From the IMG/VR virus record IMGVR_UViG_3300044712_000568, positions 1 to 64,000 of that record: a stretch of 64,000 bases of DNA, one strand, 5' to 3'. Positions 1 to 7,218 of the stretch are shown here, piece by piece. Under the pieces are notes generated by a model. The model did no database searches. It worked only from the letters and a program-made list of their open reading frames with translations, and was not told the DNA's origin. This DNA comes from a virus. Lineage: Duplodnaviria; Heunggongvirae; Uroviricota; Caudoviricetes. Numbering within the stretch: the stretch's first letter is position 1; every line of letters begins with the position of its first letter. The position numbers were made by a program, and so were the translations under genes.

Positions 1-53
1 GGGGTTGTGTTATTTTTGACCCCAACCCCACTTCTACAGAAAGAAGGTTTTCC

Positions 54-1431
54 ATGGGTAAACGAGATTCACAACGAAGTCATTTTCGTAGAAGAGTCTA
101 CGAAAGATATTCATTATCTATTAATGAGGGTGAATATGATTTTTTAGTTTCTAAAGTAAGAAAGAATGACAAAGAAATTGTTACCTTTCTTATGAAACAA
201 TCTAATCGTATTACCGTTCATGTAATTCATTACAAAGACACAGATATTGTTGCGGTATATGATAAGTTACGAAAGACTTTAGTTACCGCGCTTCCCTCAA
301 CCTGTCGAGATACTACTCAAATTGAGTGGTATATCGAAGAACTTGGAGACACTTAATGTTTAAATGGAAGAAACATCAAAGCTCGTGGCGAGTTAGATGG
401 GCCTGTCATTGTGGAGCTATTCATCTTAGTTTTGGGTTTACCGAAATGTATGAAGATAGTGATCCGCCTGAACCAGGATTTATTTGTCGTAACTGCGGGT
501 GTGTAGATTCATTCAGCGCAGAAAAGGGTCGCTATGAGTGGGAAGAAGCCCCATTCAGGTCTGATCGGAACCGTGTTTGGGTTCCTTGGAAGTCTCACCA
601 TTGTTCACACATTAAAACTGGAGAATAAATCATGAATAATCCTCTTTTGGTTAAAGAAATGCAAGTTGCTATGTATGGCCAGCAGCTTAAAAAGGCTAAA
701 AAGTCTTACAAAATCCTTCGATTTCTGATGTATTTTAGCGGAATTGTTGGTATCTGGATCGGCTTAACTGGAATTGATTTCTGCCTTAAAGGACATTGGG
801 GCTTTGGTATTTTCGATTTAGCTCTTATGACTTGGAATCTTTGGAATGCTCGTGTTAATTCCAAACAATCGCATGAGCTAAAAGCTATCATCACTGATCT
901 TGAGCAGGAACTGGAAAAAGCTAATGCCGTGGCTTAATCTTACAGATACTGCGGTAGTTGCAGTTTGTGCCGTTGTTGCGTGGCGCGGTTGGCCCTCTAT
1001 TAGAAATTGCAGGCATTGTAAGCTAACAGAAGAGCAATGCGATACTAAGTTGGAGGAATTAACCGATACTTTAAATTCAGTTCAGAGCGAATTAGAAGAT
1101 ACTGAAGATGCTCTTAATGAAATAACCGAGCAACACGAGCAGTTGGAAGTAGAAAATGAGAATTTGCGAAAGCAGATTTTAGAATTGACATCCAAACTTG
1201 AAACAAAGGATTTCACACATGTCTAAACCTGTTATAGTTATTTTAGCATGGTTAATTGTTTCCATCGTGGATCTTTTTGTATGGATTTGGATGAACAAAT
1301 CAGTGCCTTGGCCGCTTCCCACTTGGACAAGAATCATGCCATTTGGCGGTCTTTTATATTTGCCACGATTTTTGTATATTCGATCTAAAGTTGAATTAAA
1401 TACTACCGATATAAATAATATCGAGCAGTAA
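54..1431 (+). CDS. Run of five small coupled hypothetical phage genes (54-356, ~356-628 with CxC/CxxC motifs, 632-937 membrane, ~924-1226 TM + coiled coil, ~1219-1431 membrane)
   Basis: Contiguous or overlapping + strand ORFs; no recognisable family motif. Confidence 0.6.
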
Positions 1432-1465
1432 ACGTTCCTTGACAACATCATAAAGATAAGTAGTT

Positions 1466-1539
1466 GGTTCCATAGTTTAGTGGTAAAATATTGGCTTGTC
1501 ACGTCAGTGTCAGGAGTTCAATTCTCCTTGGAACCGCCA
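1466..1539 (+). tRNA. tRNA-Asp(GTC)
   Basis: Acceptor GGTTCCA/TGGAACC, anticodon loop TT-GTC-AC, T-loop TTCAATT, encoded CCA. Confidence 0.93.
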
Positions 1540-1540
1540 A

Positions 1541-1909
1541 TTACAACAAGAAGTCTGGATTGTGTTCTTCTAAGTGGCAGTTCGCACAAAGAAGAATGCA
1601 TTTATCCAGTTCTTGTTGTATAACTTCACGTTTTCTGTTAGCTAGAGTCCTGGAATCGAGTTCAATTTCCTTGTCTCTTTCGTGATGAAACTGAAGTGCC
1701 GCAAGGTTTTTGTTATAACCGCATCTGCAACACTTGCCTCCTTTACTCATAACAGCTTCAGTTTTGAACTGTTTGGCTTTTGTTTTTTGTCGAGAATAGT
1801 GTTGAAAAGTGTGGTTTGTATCTTTACTCTTGCACTGTTTTGAACAGTATTTGGTTTGTTTTCCTTTTAATGGGGTTTGGCATATGAAGCAATTCATAAT
1901 CTTCTCCAT
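1541..1909 (-). CDS. HNH-type (homing) endonuclease, antisense, between two tRNAs
   Basis: CxxC...YCSKQC zinc finger, then KCCRCGY...LQFHH...LCANCH motif. Confidence 0.8.
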   Translation of the reverse strand: MEKIMNCFICQTPLKGKQTKYCSKQCKSKDTNHTFQHYSRQKTKAKQFKTEAVMSKGGKCCRCGYNKNLAALQFHHERDKEIELDSRTLANRKREVIQQELDKCILLCANCHLEEHNPDFLL

Positions 1910-1920
1910 GATTTAATTCT

Positions 1921-1996
1921 AGCGGGGAGGTGTATTGGTTGCATACAAGTCTCATAAGCTTCGTGGTCGCGGGTTCAATTCCCGCCCCCGCTACCA
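1921..1996 (+). tRNA. tRNA with CAT anticodon (Met or Ile2)
   Basis: AGCGGGG/CCCCGCT acceptor, CT-CAT-AA loop, GCGGG-TTCAATT-CCCGC T arm, ACCA. Confidence 0.88.
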
Positions 1997-2012
1997 ATAA
2001 ATTGAAAGCTAT

Positions 2013-2357
2013 ATGTTTAAACAATTGAATGTAACACTTCATAAATTAATATTGTCTAAGTTAGCTTATGCCATTTGGACATCTTTTAAGCATTCTCCAG
2101 ACGATTGGGAAGATTACGAGAATGATTTCAGAGTTAGGCATAAACTAAATAAAATTAAAATCTGGACTGGTAACGGCAGATGGTTTTTTAATATCGAACA
2201 TGAAAACAATCATGATAATAGTTCTCTTCTAGGATTATTTGATAGACATTTAGTGTGGTTAGCTTTTAAGTCTGCAAAACGAAGAAATAAACGATTAAAT
2301 AAGACTAGTGTTGCTGATGTTTATCTCAAAATGTTTACATCATCTAAAAACGGTTAA
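2013..2357 (+). CDS. Hypothetical protein
   Basis: 114-aa ORF filling the gap between two tRNAs. Confidence 0.6.
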   Translation: MFKQLNVTLHKLILSKLAYAIWTSFKHSPDDWEDYENDFRVRHKLNKIKIWTGNGRWFFNIEHENNHDNSSLLGLFDRHLVWLAFKSAKRRNKRLNKTSVADVYLKMFTSSKNG

Positions 2358-2412
2358 TAAATTCTGATGCTTATCCAGCCATTGGAGGCTGGCGTAAGTC
2401 TCTGAGAATTTT

Positions 2413-2488
2413 GGACCTTTAACTCAGCGGTCAGAGTGCTTCCTTTACACGGAAGAAGTCCGGAGTTCAAATCTCTGAAGGTCCACCA
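2413..2488 (+). tRNA. tRNA-Val(TAC)
   Basis: GGACCTT/AAGGTCC, CTTCC-TTTACAC-GGAAG, ACCA. Confidence 0.95.
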
Positions 2489-2493
2489 ATCAT

Positions 2494-2590
2494 ATAAACA
2501 GGACGGTCGTTGGTGTAAATCCAATCCAAGAGGTAGCAGTCTTGGTAGCTCAGTATACTTCATTGTTGAAAAAAGAGACTCTTTGTTTAT
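2494..2590 (+). ncRNA. Circularly permuted tRNA-like RNA (T arm, loop-closed acceptor stem, D arm)
   Basis: GGTC-GTTGG-TGTAAAT-CCAAT then CCAAG-loop-CTTGG then TA-GCTC-AGT..., closed by ATAAACA/TGTTTAT. Confidence 0.6.
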
Positions 2591-2604
2591 CTCTGACGCA
2601 GTAA

Positions 2605-2714
2605 AGCCTTTTGATAGAAGGTCCCTTTGATGGACCGACACTGAAAAGGCTAGTAATAAATTTCCTTTTATCCATCACCGAGGCGACAAACCTGGGTTAA
2701 GGGCACTAAAAGGA
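2605..2714 (+). ncRNA. Two bulged-stem ncRNA units (2605-2651, 2663-2714)
   Basis: AGCCTTTTGA|T...CAC|TGAAAAGGCT and TCCTTTTA|T...CAC|TAAAAGGA. Confidence 0.7.
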
Positions 2715-2718
2715 CTTT

Positions 2719-2792
2719 GCGGGTATGATGTAGTGGTAGCATGAGATCCTTCCAAGTTCTTCGCGTCAGTTCGAACCTGACTATCCGCTCCA
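2719..2792 (+). tRNA. tRNA-Gly(TCC)
   Basis: GCGGGTA/TATCCGC, CT-TCC-AA loop, TTCGAAC T-loop, TCCA. Confidence 0.92.
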
Positions 2793-2794
2793 AT

Positions 2795-3184
2795 TTTTCA
2801 TGAACAATGTCTTTCCGGGCTGAACCACAACGGTGTTCAGCACCTAGTCAAACGGACTGGCTTAATTTGAGCAACGACACAGATGTTTCCTCTGAAAATA
2901 CTTTCTTGCATGGGTTCTGGGCAGATAGTCTAGTTAACTGATGAAGCCCCACTGCAAAAACTATCGCAAAGGTTTCTTCCAAAACATTGAAGTTTAACAC
3001 CGTATTAAAATACGGTGCCTCACTGCGATAAAAATAACTCAAAGTGGTAGGTCCATGGAGGGCCTATAAATTAAGGCATGCACTCCTTCGCTCCCTGAGT
3101 TAAAAGATTGCTATAGTGACCGCAACGGTTATCCGTTTAATAGGCGCGGTTTAAGGATACCTCACCCATCCGCTCAATGGCAAT
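2795..3184 (+). ncRNA. Tandem array of five bulged-stem ncRNA units (2795-2898, 2906-2957, 2962-3030, 3035-3102, 3107-3184)
   Basis: Each unit is closed by a different 5-7 bp stem ending in A|W ... C(T/A/C)(C/A)|T; units are 4-7 nt apart. Confidence 0.75.
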
Positions 3185-3203
3185 TAAGTGGTGGAGTTTA
3201 AAC

Positions 3204-3734
3204 ATGAACAAAACCACTAATTCGTTTCTCATAGCTCTCGGCGTAATTGTTTTAGGTGCAGCCATTTACTATGGCATAAAACACCCAGGTTTAACGCCAG
3301 AACAGAAGTTAGAACAGGCTCAAACTAATCTTTTTAATGATGCCCCAAGAGTTAAAACACTCTATACATCGTTAATGAAAGATTACCAGATCATTATTAA
3401 ACCTGAGCAACTAGATGGTGACGCTGAAGGTAGAACGGTTATTACCAAATCCTCGGCCACAGTCTCAATAGACACAAATAAAGTTGCTAAAAAACATGAT
3501 CGTTTAGAGCCTGTTTTAGCTCATGAGTTATTTCATATAAGTGATGCTAGATTTGTTTACGGTTTTGATAAATTCTTTACCTTGGTCGAAGAAGATAAAA
3601 CAAAATCTTGGTGGAATAAAACAGTTGAAATTTCCGCTTACGGTCAAGAAGATGGGCTAAGAAAAGAACTTATCAAAACTGGTAAATATGGAGGAATGGC
3701 ACCAAGTAGACAGTTACAAAATATAAGACATTGA
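3204..3734 (+). CDS. Membrane-anchored protein with HExxH zinc-metallopeptidase motif
   Basis: N-terminal TM helix; VLAHELFH; GGAG upstream of ATG 3204. Confidence 0.65.
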   Translation: MNKTTNSFLIALGVIVLGAAIYYGIKHPGLTPEQKLEQAQTNLFNDAPRVKTLYTSLMKDYQIIIKPEQLDGDAEGRTVITKSSATVSIDTNKVAKKHDRLEPVLAHELFHISDARFVYGFDKFFTLVEEDKTKSWWNKTVEISAYGQEDGLRKELIKTGKYGGMAPSRQLQNIRH

Positions 3735-3763
3735 TTACCCAATTAAATTTGAGGGTAATTAAT

Positions 3764-4144
3764 ATGTTAAAACATTTTGTAAATGTGGCGCATTCTTTAT
3801 TAAGAGAACATGTAGTAAAAAGAGTAACTCGTTCAAGTGAATGGCATAGTGTGGAAAAAGCACACTTAAAAGTTCAACCTTTTTGTGCTGCTTGCGGTTC
3901 TAATAATAGATTACAAGTTCATCACAAAGAACCATTTCATTTAGATCCAGCATTAGAATTAGACCCAACTAATTTGATTACTTTGTGTATGGATACAAAT
4001 GAATGCCATCTAAAATTAGGACACGGCGATAACTTCAAAGCATATAATCCTAATATAGTAGCAGATGTAGAAGCCTTAGTAAAAGATCCTTCTGTTAGAT
4101 CTTTATTAGAAGCAAGAGCAAAAGAAAATAGAAAGTTCATTTAG
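3764..4144 (+). CDS. HNH endonuclease
   Basis: CAACG...LQVHHKEPF...NLITLC...CHLKLGH. Confidence 0.85.
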   Translation: MLKHFVNVAHSLLREHVVKRVTRSSEWHSVEKAHLKVQPFCAACGSNNRLQVHHKEPFHLDPALELDPTNLITLCMDTNECHLKLGHGDNFKAYNPNIVADVEALVKDPSVRSLLEARAKENRKFI

Positions 4145-4149
4145 CTTTT

Positions 4150-4227
4150 GTCCCATATGCCAAAGTGGTTCGAGGCGCAAGTCTGCAAAACTTGTCTTAC
4201 AGAGTTCAAGTCTCTGATGGGACTCCA
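4150..4227 (+). tRNA. tRNA-Cys(GCA)
   Basis: GTCCCAT/ATGGGAC, CAAGT-CTGCAAA-ACTTG, U73 + CCA. Confidence 0.93.
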
Positions 4228-4249
4228 ATGGAAGACATTAATAAATAAT

Positions 4250-4327
4250 CGGGGTATAGCTCAGTCTGGCTAGAGCGCTTGCTTTGGGAGCAAGAAGTCG
4301 AAGGTTCGAGTCCTTTTACCCCGACCA
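4250..4327 (+). tRNA. tRNA-Pro(TGG)
   Basis: CGGGGTA/TACCCCG, CTTGC-TTTGGGA-GCAAG, ACCA. Confidence 0.95.
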
Positions 4328-4331
4328 TTTT

Positions 4332-4408
4332 CGGTGAGAAAGTGAGTCTGGTCCACGGTCCGCTTTGGAGGCGGAAGGTCGCCGGTTCAAATCCGGCCTC
4401 ACCGACCA
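4332..4408 (+). tRNA. Second tRNA-Pro(TGG), atypical D arm and A37
   Basis: CGGTGAG/CTCACCG, TCCGC-TTTGGAG-GCGGA, TTCAAAT, ACCA. Confidence 0.88.
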
Positions 4409-4410
4409 AT

Positions 4411-4514
4411 CGTAAAGTAGCACAACAGGGATAGAACTTCTACAGTGTATGTTCTATAGCCAGTGTGCTGTTCGTGCAGAACAGAGATCAGGTAAAACTC
4501 CTGCTTACGTAACA
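4411..4514 (+). ncRNA. tRNA-like RNA with hairpin inserted in D-loop (TGC in anticodon position)
   Basis: CGTAAAG-TA-GCAC...ATAGAAC/GTTCTAT insert...CTGTT-CGTGCAG-AACAG, CAGG-TAAAACT-CCTG, CTTACG. Confidence 0.55.
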
Positions 4515-4517
4515 ATC

Positions 4518-4658
4518 GCAGTGCCGCGTCTTAGGAATCTTAGACGAGAGAGAAGTTAGTAGTAGACTTTGGCCCAGCCTCTGATAATATGAGTGTCGAT
4601 CAACCAAAGATCCTAATTTCAAAATAGCTCGGAGAAGGTAATCAATCCTTTCACTGCA
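4518..4658 (+). ncRNA. Possible degenerate tRNA-like or structured RNA
   Basis: GCAGTG/CACTGC terminal stem with a T-arm-like AAGG-TAATCAAT-CCTT hairpin just before the 3' strand. Confidence 0.35.
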
Positions 4659-4663
4659 TAAGT

Positions 4664-4807
4664 TTAGTAGTAGCTCAAGCTACGTTCTTCCTCTACGCAC
4701 CCTTTTCGTAAGGGTTTCACAGTTGAAATTAAACCGTATGCGGAACGCAATAATAGAGCGGTAGCTTCATAAGCTGCTGGGTATGAGTGCGAGGCTCATC
4801 TACTAAT
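4664..4807 (+). ncRNA. tRNA(CAT)-like RNA with 79-nt D-loop
   Basis: TTAGTAG/CTACTAA acceptor, GCTC...GAGC D-stem, GTAGC-TTCATAA-GCTGC, ATGAG-TGCGAGG-CTCAT; no CCA. Confidence 0.7.
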
Positions 4808-4814
4808 AATCTCA

Positions 4815-4972
4815 TGGGGTATAGTTTAACGGTAGACTGGCCGCTCACGATCTGGAGTTAGAATCTTGCATGCGAAGAGACTAATGACTGCGTTGAAGTC
4901 GGGACTTAAAACAGCATATGGGAAGGCCTTCCTGTATGAAGATAATGGTGCAAAGCCATACACACCCCACCA
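4815..4972 (+). ncRNA. tRNA-like RNA with large D-loop insertion and extended anticodon hairpin
   Basis: TGGGGTA-TA-GTTT-AACGGTAGA..., CATATGGGAAGG/CCTTCCTGTATG, ATGG-TGCAAAG-CCAT, ACCCC-A-CCA. Confidence 0.6.
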
Positions 4973-4980
4973 GTTCTAAT

Positions 4981-5093
4981 GGCGCTAAGAGTATGGTCAG
5001 CGCGACCTCTGAATACAAACTCATGTAGATGCGAGTAGGTAATACGGTCCGAGAAACGGATAGTCTTTGGTTCGATCCCAAATTAGCGCCCCA
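4981..5093 (+). ncRNA. tRNA-like RNA with D-loop insertion and G-1:C73-type end
   Basis: GGCGCTAA/TTAGCGCC+CCA, TTTGG-TTCGATC-CCAAA T arm, GTCCG-AGAAA-CGGAT arm. Confidence 0.65.
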
Positions 5094-5103
5094 AACAATT
5101 TAT

Positions 5104-5179
5104 TCCCCGATAGCTTAGTGGCTAAAGCATCACGCTGTTAACGTGACTACCGTTGGTTCGAATCCGACTCGGGGAGCCA
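5104..5179 (+). tRNA. tRNA-Asn(GTT)
   Basis: TCCCCGA/TCGGGGA, TCACG-CTGTTAA-CGTGA, GCCA. Confidence 0.95.
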
Positions 5180-5195
5180 TTCTTAGAGTGTTCCT

Positions 5196-5577
5196 ATGAC
5201 AAAAGAAGAGTTACAAATTTGTGAAGATTTATTAGAAGTCACATCTTTAACTTCATTACCTTTGAAGATTAAATATGCTGAGAAACATAACCTTCGTTTA
5301 GGAATAAATGATCGTTTCTTAGATGAAGTTCATAAGCATATGATAGATGCTCATATAAAATTTAGAAACATGGTAATTCAACAGGCAGAAACTCATGGGA
5401 AGATCCAGAAAGACTCCTAAAAGAGATAGATTAAAACAATATGAACAACTAGCATCTAAATTACGAATGGCTCAAATCATTTGCGATATGGAAATGGCTA
5501 GGGATATTGTTCATAGTATTATGAGTCTCCATCGTAAATTTGAAAGAGAAGATTGTGGCCCAGAAATGGGTCAATAA
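5196..5577 (+). CDS. Two small hypothetical proteins (5196-5420, 5395-5577)
   Basis: Overlapping ORFs within the tRNA island. Confidence 0.55.
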
Positions 5578-5584
5578 GCTCCAT

Positions 5585-5737
5585 GGCAGGATAGCTTAAC
5601 GGAAGACTCGATCACTGAGAATAAGAGAGTTGTTGTTGATGTTAACTAGATACTTCAACCATACCTCATATTGGGTGAATTAGAGCGTTGTCTCGTAAAA
5701 GACAAAACGGTGCTGTGAAATGCGGCTCCTGCCACCA
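5585..5737 (+). ncRNA. tRNA-like RNA with 85-nt D-loop
   Basis: GGCAGGA/TCCTGCC+ACCA, GCTT...GAGC D-stem, TTGTC-TCGTAAAA-GACAA arm. Confidence 0.7.
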
Positions 5738-5738
5738 G

Positions 5739-6235
5739 TTCATACATACCTGCGTCCTTTGAGAACGGATGACTCATCAATACAGCGGACTTTGGTAAGT
5801 CCAAAGTAGAGTGTAATGTGAACGATTACCGAGTCACTGTATAGAATATACATGTTAGCGTCCCTTATTATAGTGGATGATAGGTCCTCTGATCTCATGG
5901 CCTATGTGGTGTAAAACGACCACCGAAGCCTCTGTAGATAAGATTGTGTTATAGCTGTAGCTCAGTGGAAGAGCATCGCCGTTTATGCGAAGGTCGTTGG
6001 TTCGAATCCAACCAGATCACTGACACAATAAATATCTAACATCTGATGTTGTAGCTCAATTGGTAGAGCGGCGGCCCTGAAAGGCGGCAGGCGCGGGTTC
6101 GAATCCTGTTAACCTCTTGGCTCTGTTAGAAAAAATTGATTATGTAAATACTTGTAGCTCAGCCTGGAAGAGTGCCTGCATGGTAGCAGGAGGTCATGGG
6201 TTCAAATCCCATCGAGCCCCTAACCTCTAATCAAT
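5739..6235 (+). ncRNA. Tandem array of five bulged-stem ncRNA units (5739-5846, 5846-5939, 5943-6029, 6035-6130, 6135-6235); the last three enclose tRNA D/anticodon/T cores
   Basis: Closing stems with A|T...CWC|T; cores TAGCTCA..GG..GAG(C/T) and GGTTC(G/A)AATCC, with no CCA end. Confidence 0.78.
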
Positions 6236-6237
6236 AT

Positions 6238-6324
6238 GGGAATATGGCGTAACTGGTAGCCGCGCAAGGTCGAGAGCCTTGTTCTATTAATAGAGTGTCG
6301 GTTCGACTCCGACTATTCCCACCA
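6238..6324 (+). tRNA. tRNA-Leu(GAG)
   Basis: GGGAATA/TATTCCC, CAAGG-TCGAGAG-CCTTG (C33), long variable arm, ACCA. Confidence 0.85.
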
Positions 6325-6338
6325 ATCAAAATGTCAAA

Positions 6339-6485
6339 ATGCTAAAACCAAAAAAGAAAAATAGCAAAGTAGATTACAGTGATGTTATTAAGGCTTTAGT
6401 TCTTAAAGCTATGATGCAACTTTCACAAGAAGTTGATCAACAAGTATTAAAACTAATGTATAAACATGAAGATCGAGACAAGTAA
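6339..6485 (+). CDS. Small hypothetical protein (48 aa, MLKPKKKNSK...)
   Basis: ORF read by hand between two tRNAs; below the ORF-track cutoff. Confidence 0.45.
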   Translation: MLKPKKKNSKVDYSDVIKALVLKAMMQLSQEVDQQVLKLMYKHEDRDK

Positions 6486-6499
6486 TTGTCTCCCAGAGT

Positions 6500-6587
6500 G
6501 TAAGGGTGGCCGAGTGGTTTAGGCAACAGGTTGTGGCCCTGTGAACAGAAATGTTCTACGCGGATTCGAATTCCGTCCCTTACCCCA
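6500..6587 (+). tRNA. tRNA-His(GTG) with long variable arm
   Basis: GTAAGGG/CCCTTAC+C+CCA, ACAGG-TTGTGGC-CCTGT, variable arm GAACA-GAAA-TGTTC. Confidence 0.85.
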
Positions 6588-6590
6588 GAG

Positions 6591-6846
6591 GTTTTAGGAA
6601 ACCGTAAAATTCCTACTCATGGTAAACCGAGAGTGTTTACTTAGTCACATAAGCTGACTAGTGTGGAAAAAGAATAAAACTTCTATCTCTTAGATTGGGA
6701 AGTTTGCCGAGTATCCAGCGAAGGAATACACTTACCTTTGTCCCTAAGTTGTCAGAGAAGTAAGAAGTAAAATATCCTGAGTAACTGCCAACCCTCGATT
6801 GACCTCGCGTCTATATCCTCCGTGTTGGGTTTAGGTTTTCTGAAAC
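6591..6846 (+). ncRNA. Unidentified ~256-nt multi-hairpin RNA
   Basis: 13-bp closing stem GTTTTAGGAAACC/GGTTTTCTGAAAC enclosing several hairpins; fills the His-Tyr gap. Confidence 0.6.
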
Positions 6847-6870
6847 AAAGTCCCTATTCTAGCTTACAAT

Positions 6871-6957
6871 GCCGGATTCGCATAGTGGCAATTGCAAGAG
6901 ACTGTAAATCTCTCAAGCCTTGGCTTTTCGTTGGTTCGAGTCCATCATCCGGCACCA
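6871..6957 (+). tRNA. tRNA-Tyr(GTA)
   Basis: GCCGGAT/ATCCGGC, AGAGA-CTGTAAA-TCTCT, long variable arm, ACCA. Confidence 0.93.
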
Positions 6958-7078
6958 TCAGCTCTGACGTAAAAAGAGGTCCACTTGGAATGTTAATCAG
7001 ACATTCAAATGAAACCTGACATTCAGCGTAGTCGCACTTCGAAGCGACCAGTTCCGTGAAAGACGGAGAGCTGGACCA
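6958..7078 (+). ncRNA. tRNA-like RNA with D-loop insertion and 8-nt anticodon loop
   Basis: TCAGCTC/GAGCTGG+ACCA; GTCGC-ACTTCGAA-GCGAC; TCCG-TGAAAGA-CGGA. Confidence 0.68.
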
Positions 7079-7079
7079 A

Positions 7080-7197
7080 TTCCTGTTGGTGTAAAAAAAT
7101 AACGTCCGCTGTGGATAACATTCACATGGGGTTATAAATTATTAGCACGGCGCCAATTTCGGGGCGTTAGTTCCGTGAAAGACGGAGCAGGTAGCCA
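7080..7197 (+). ncRNA. Paralogous tRNA-like RNA with D-loop insertion and 8-nt anticodon loop
   Basis: CCTGT/GCAGG+...GCCA; GCGCC-AATTTCGG-GGCGT; same AGTTCCGTGAAAGACGGAG as the preceding unit. Confidence 0.65.
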
Positions 7198-7218
7198 ATC
7201 TAATTCACTGGAAAGAAT

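Noticed and set aside
2938-2946. CTGATGA, resembling a hammerhead ribozyme core
   Set aside because: No stem II followed by GAAA and no matching three-way junction; it lies inside bulged-stem unit 2906-2957.
2605-3184. Possible CRISPR or TIGR-like repeat-spacer array
   Set aside because: No direct sequence repeats, no constant period and no box C/D motifs; only structure and a 4-nt motif are shared. No cas genes in the window.
4815-5737. tmRNA interpretation of the long tRNA-like units
   Set aside because: The units are only about 110-160 nt, the insertion is in the D-loop while an anticodon-position arm is kept, and no tag ORF is evident.
6591-6846. RNase P RNA or group I intron
   Set aside because: GAGGAAAGUCC-type and P7-type conserved motifs were not found by eye; left as an unidentified RNA.
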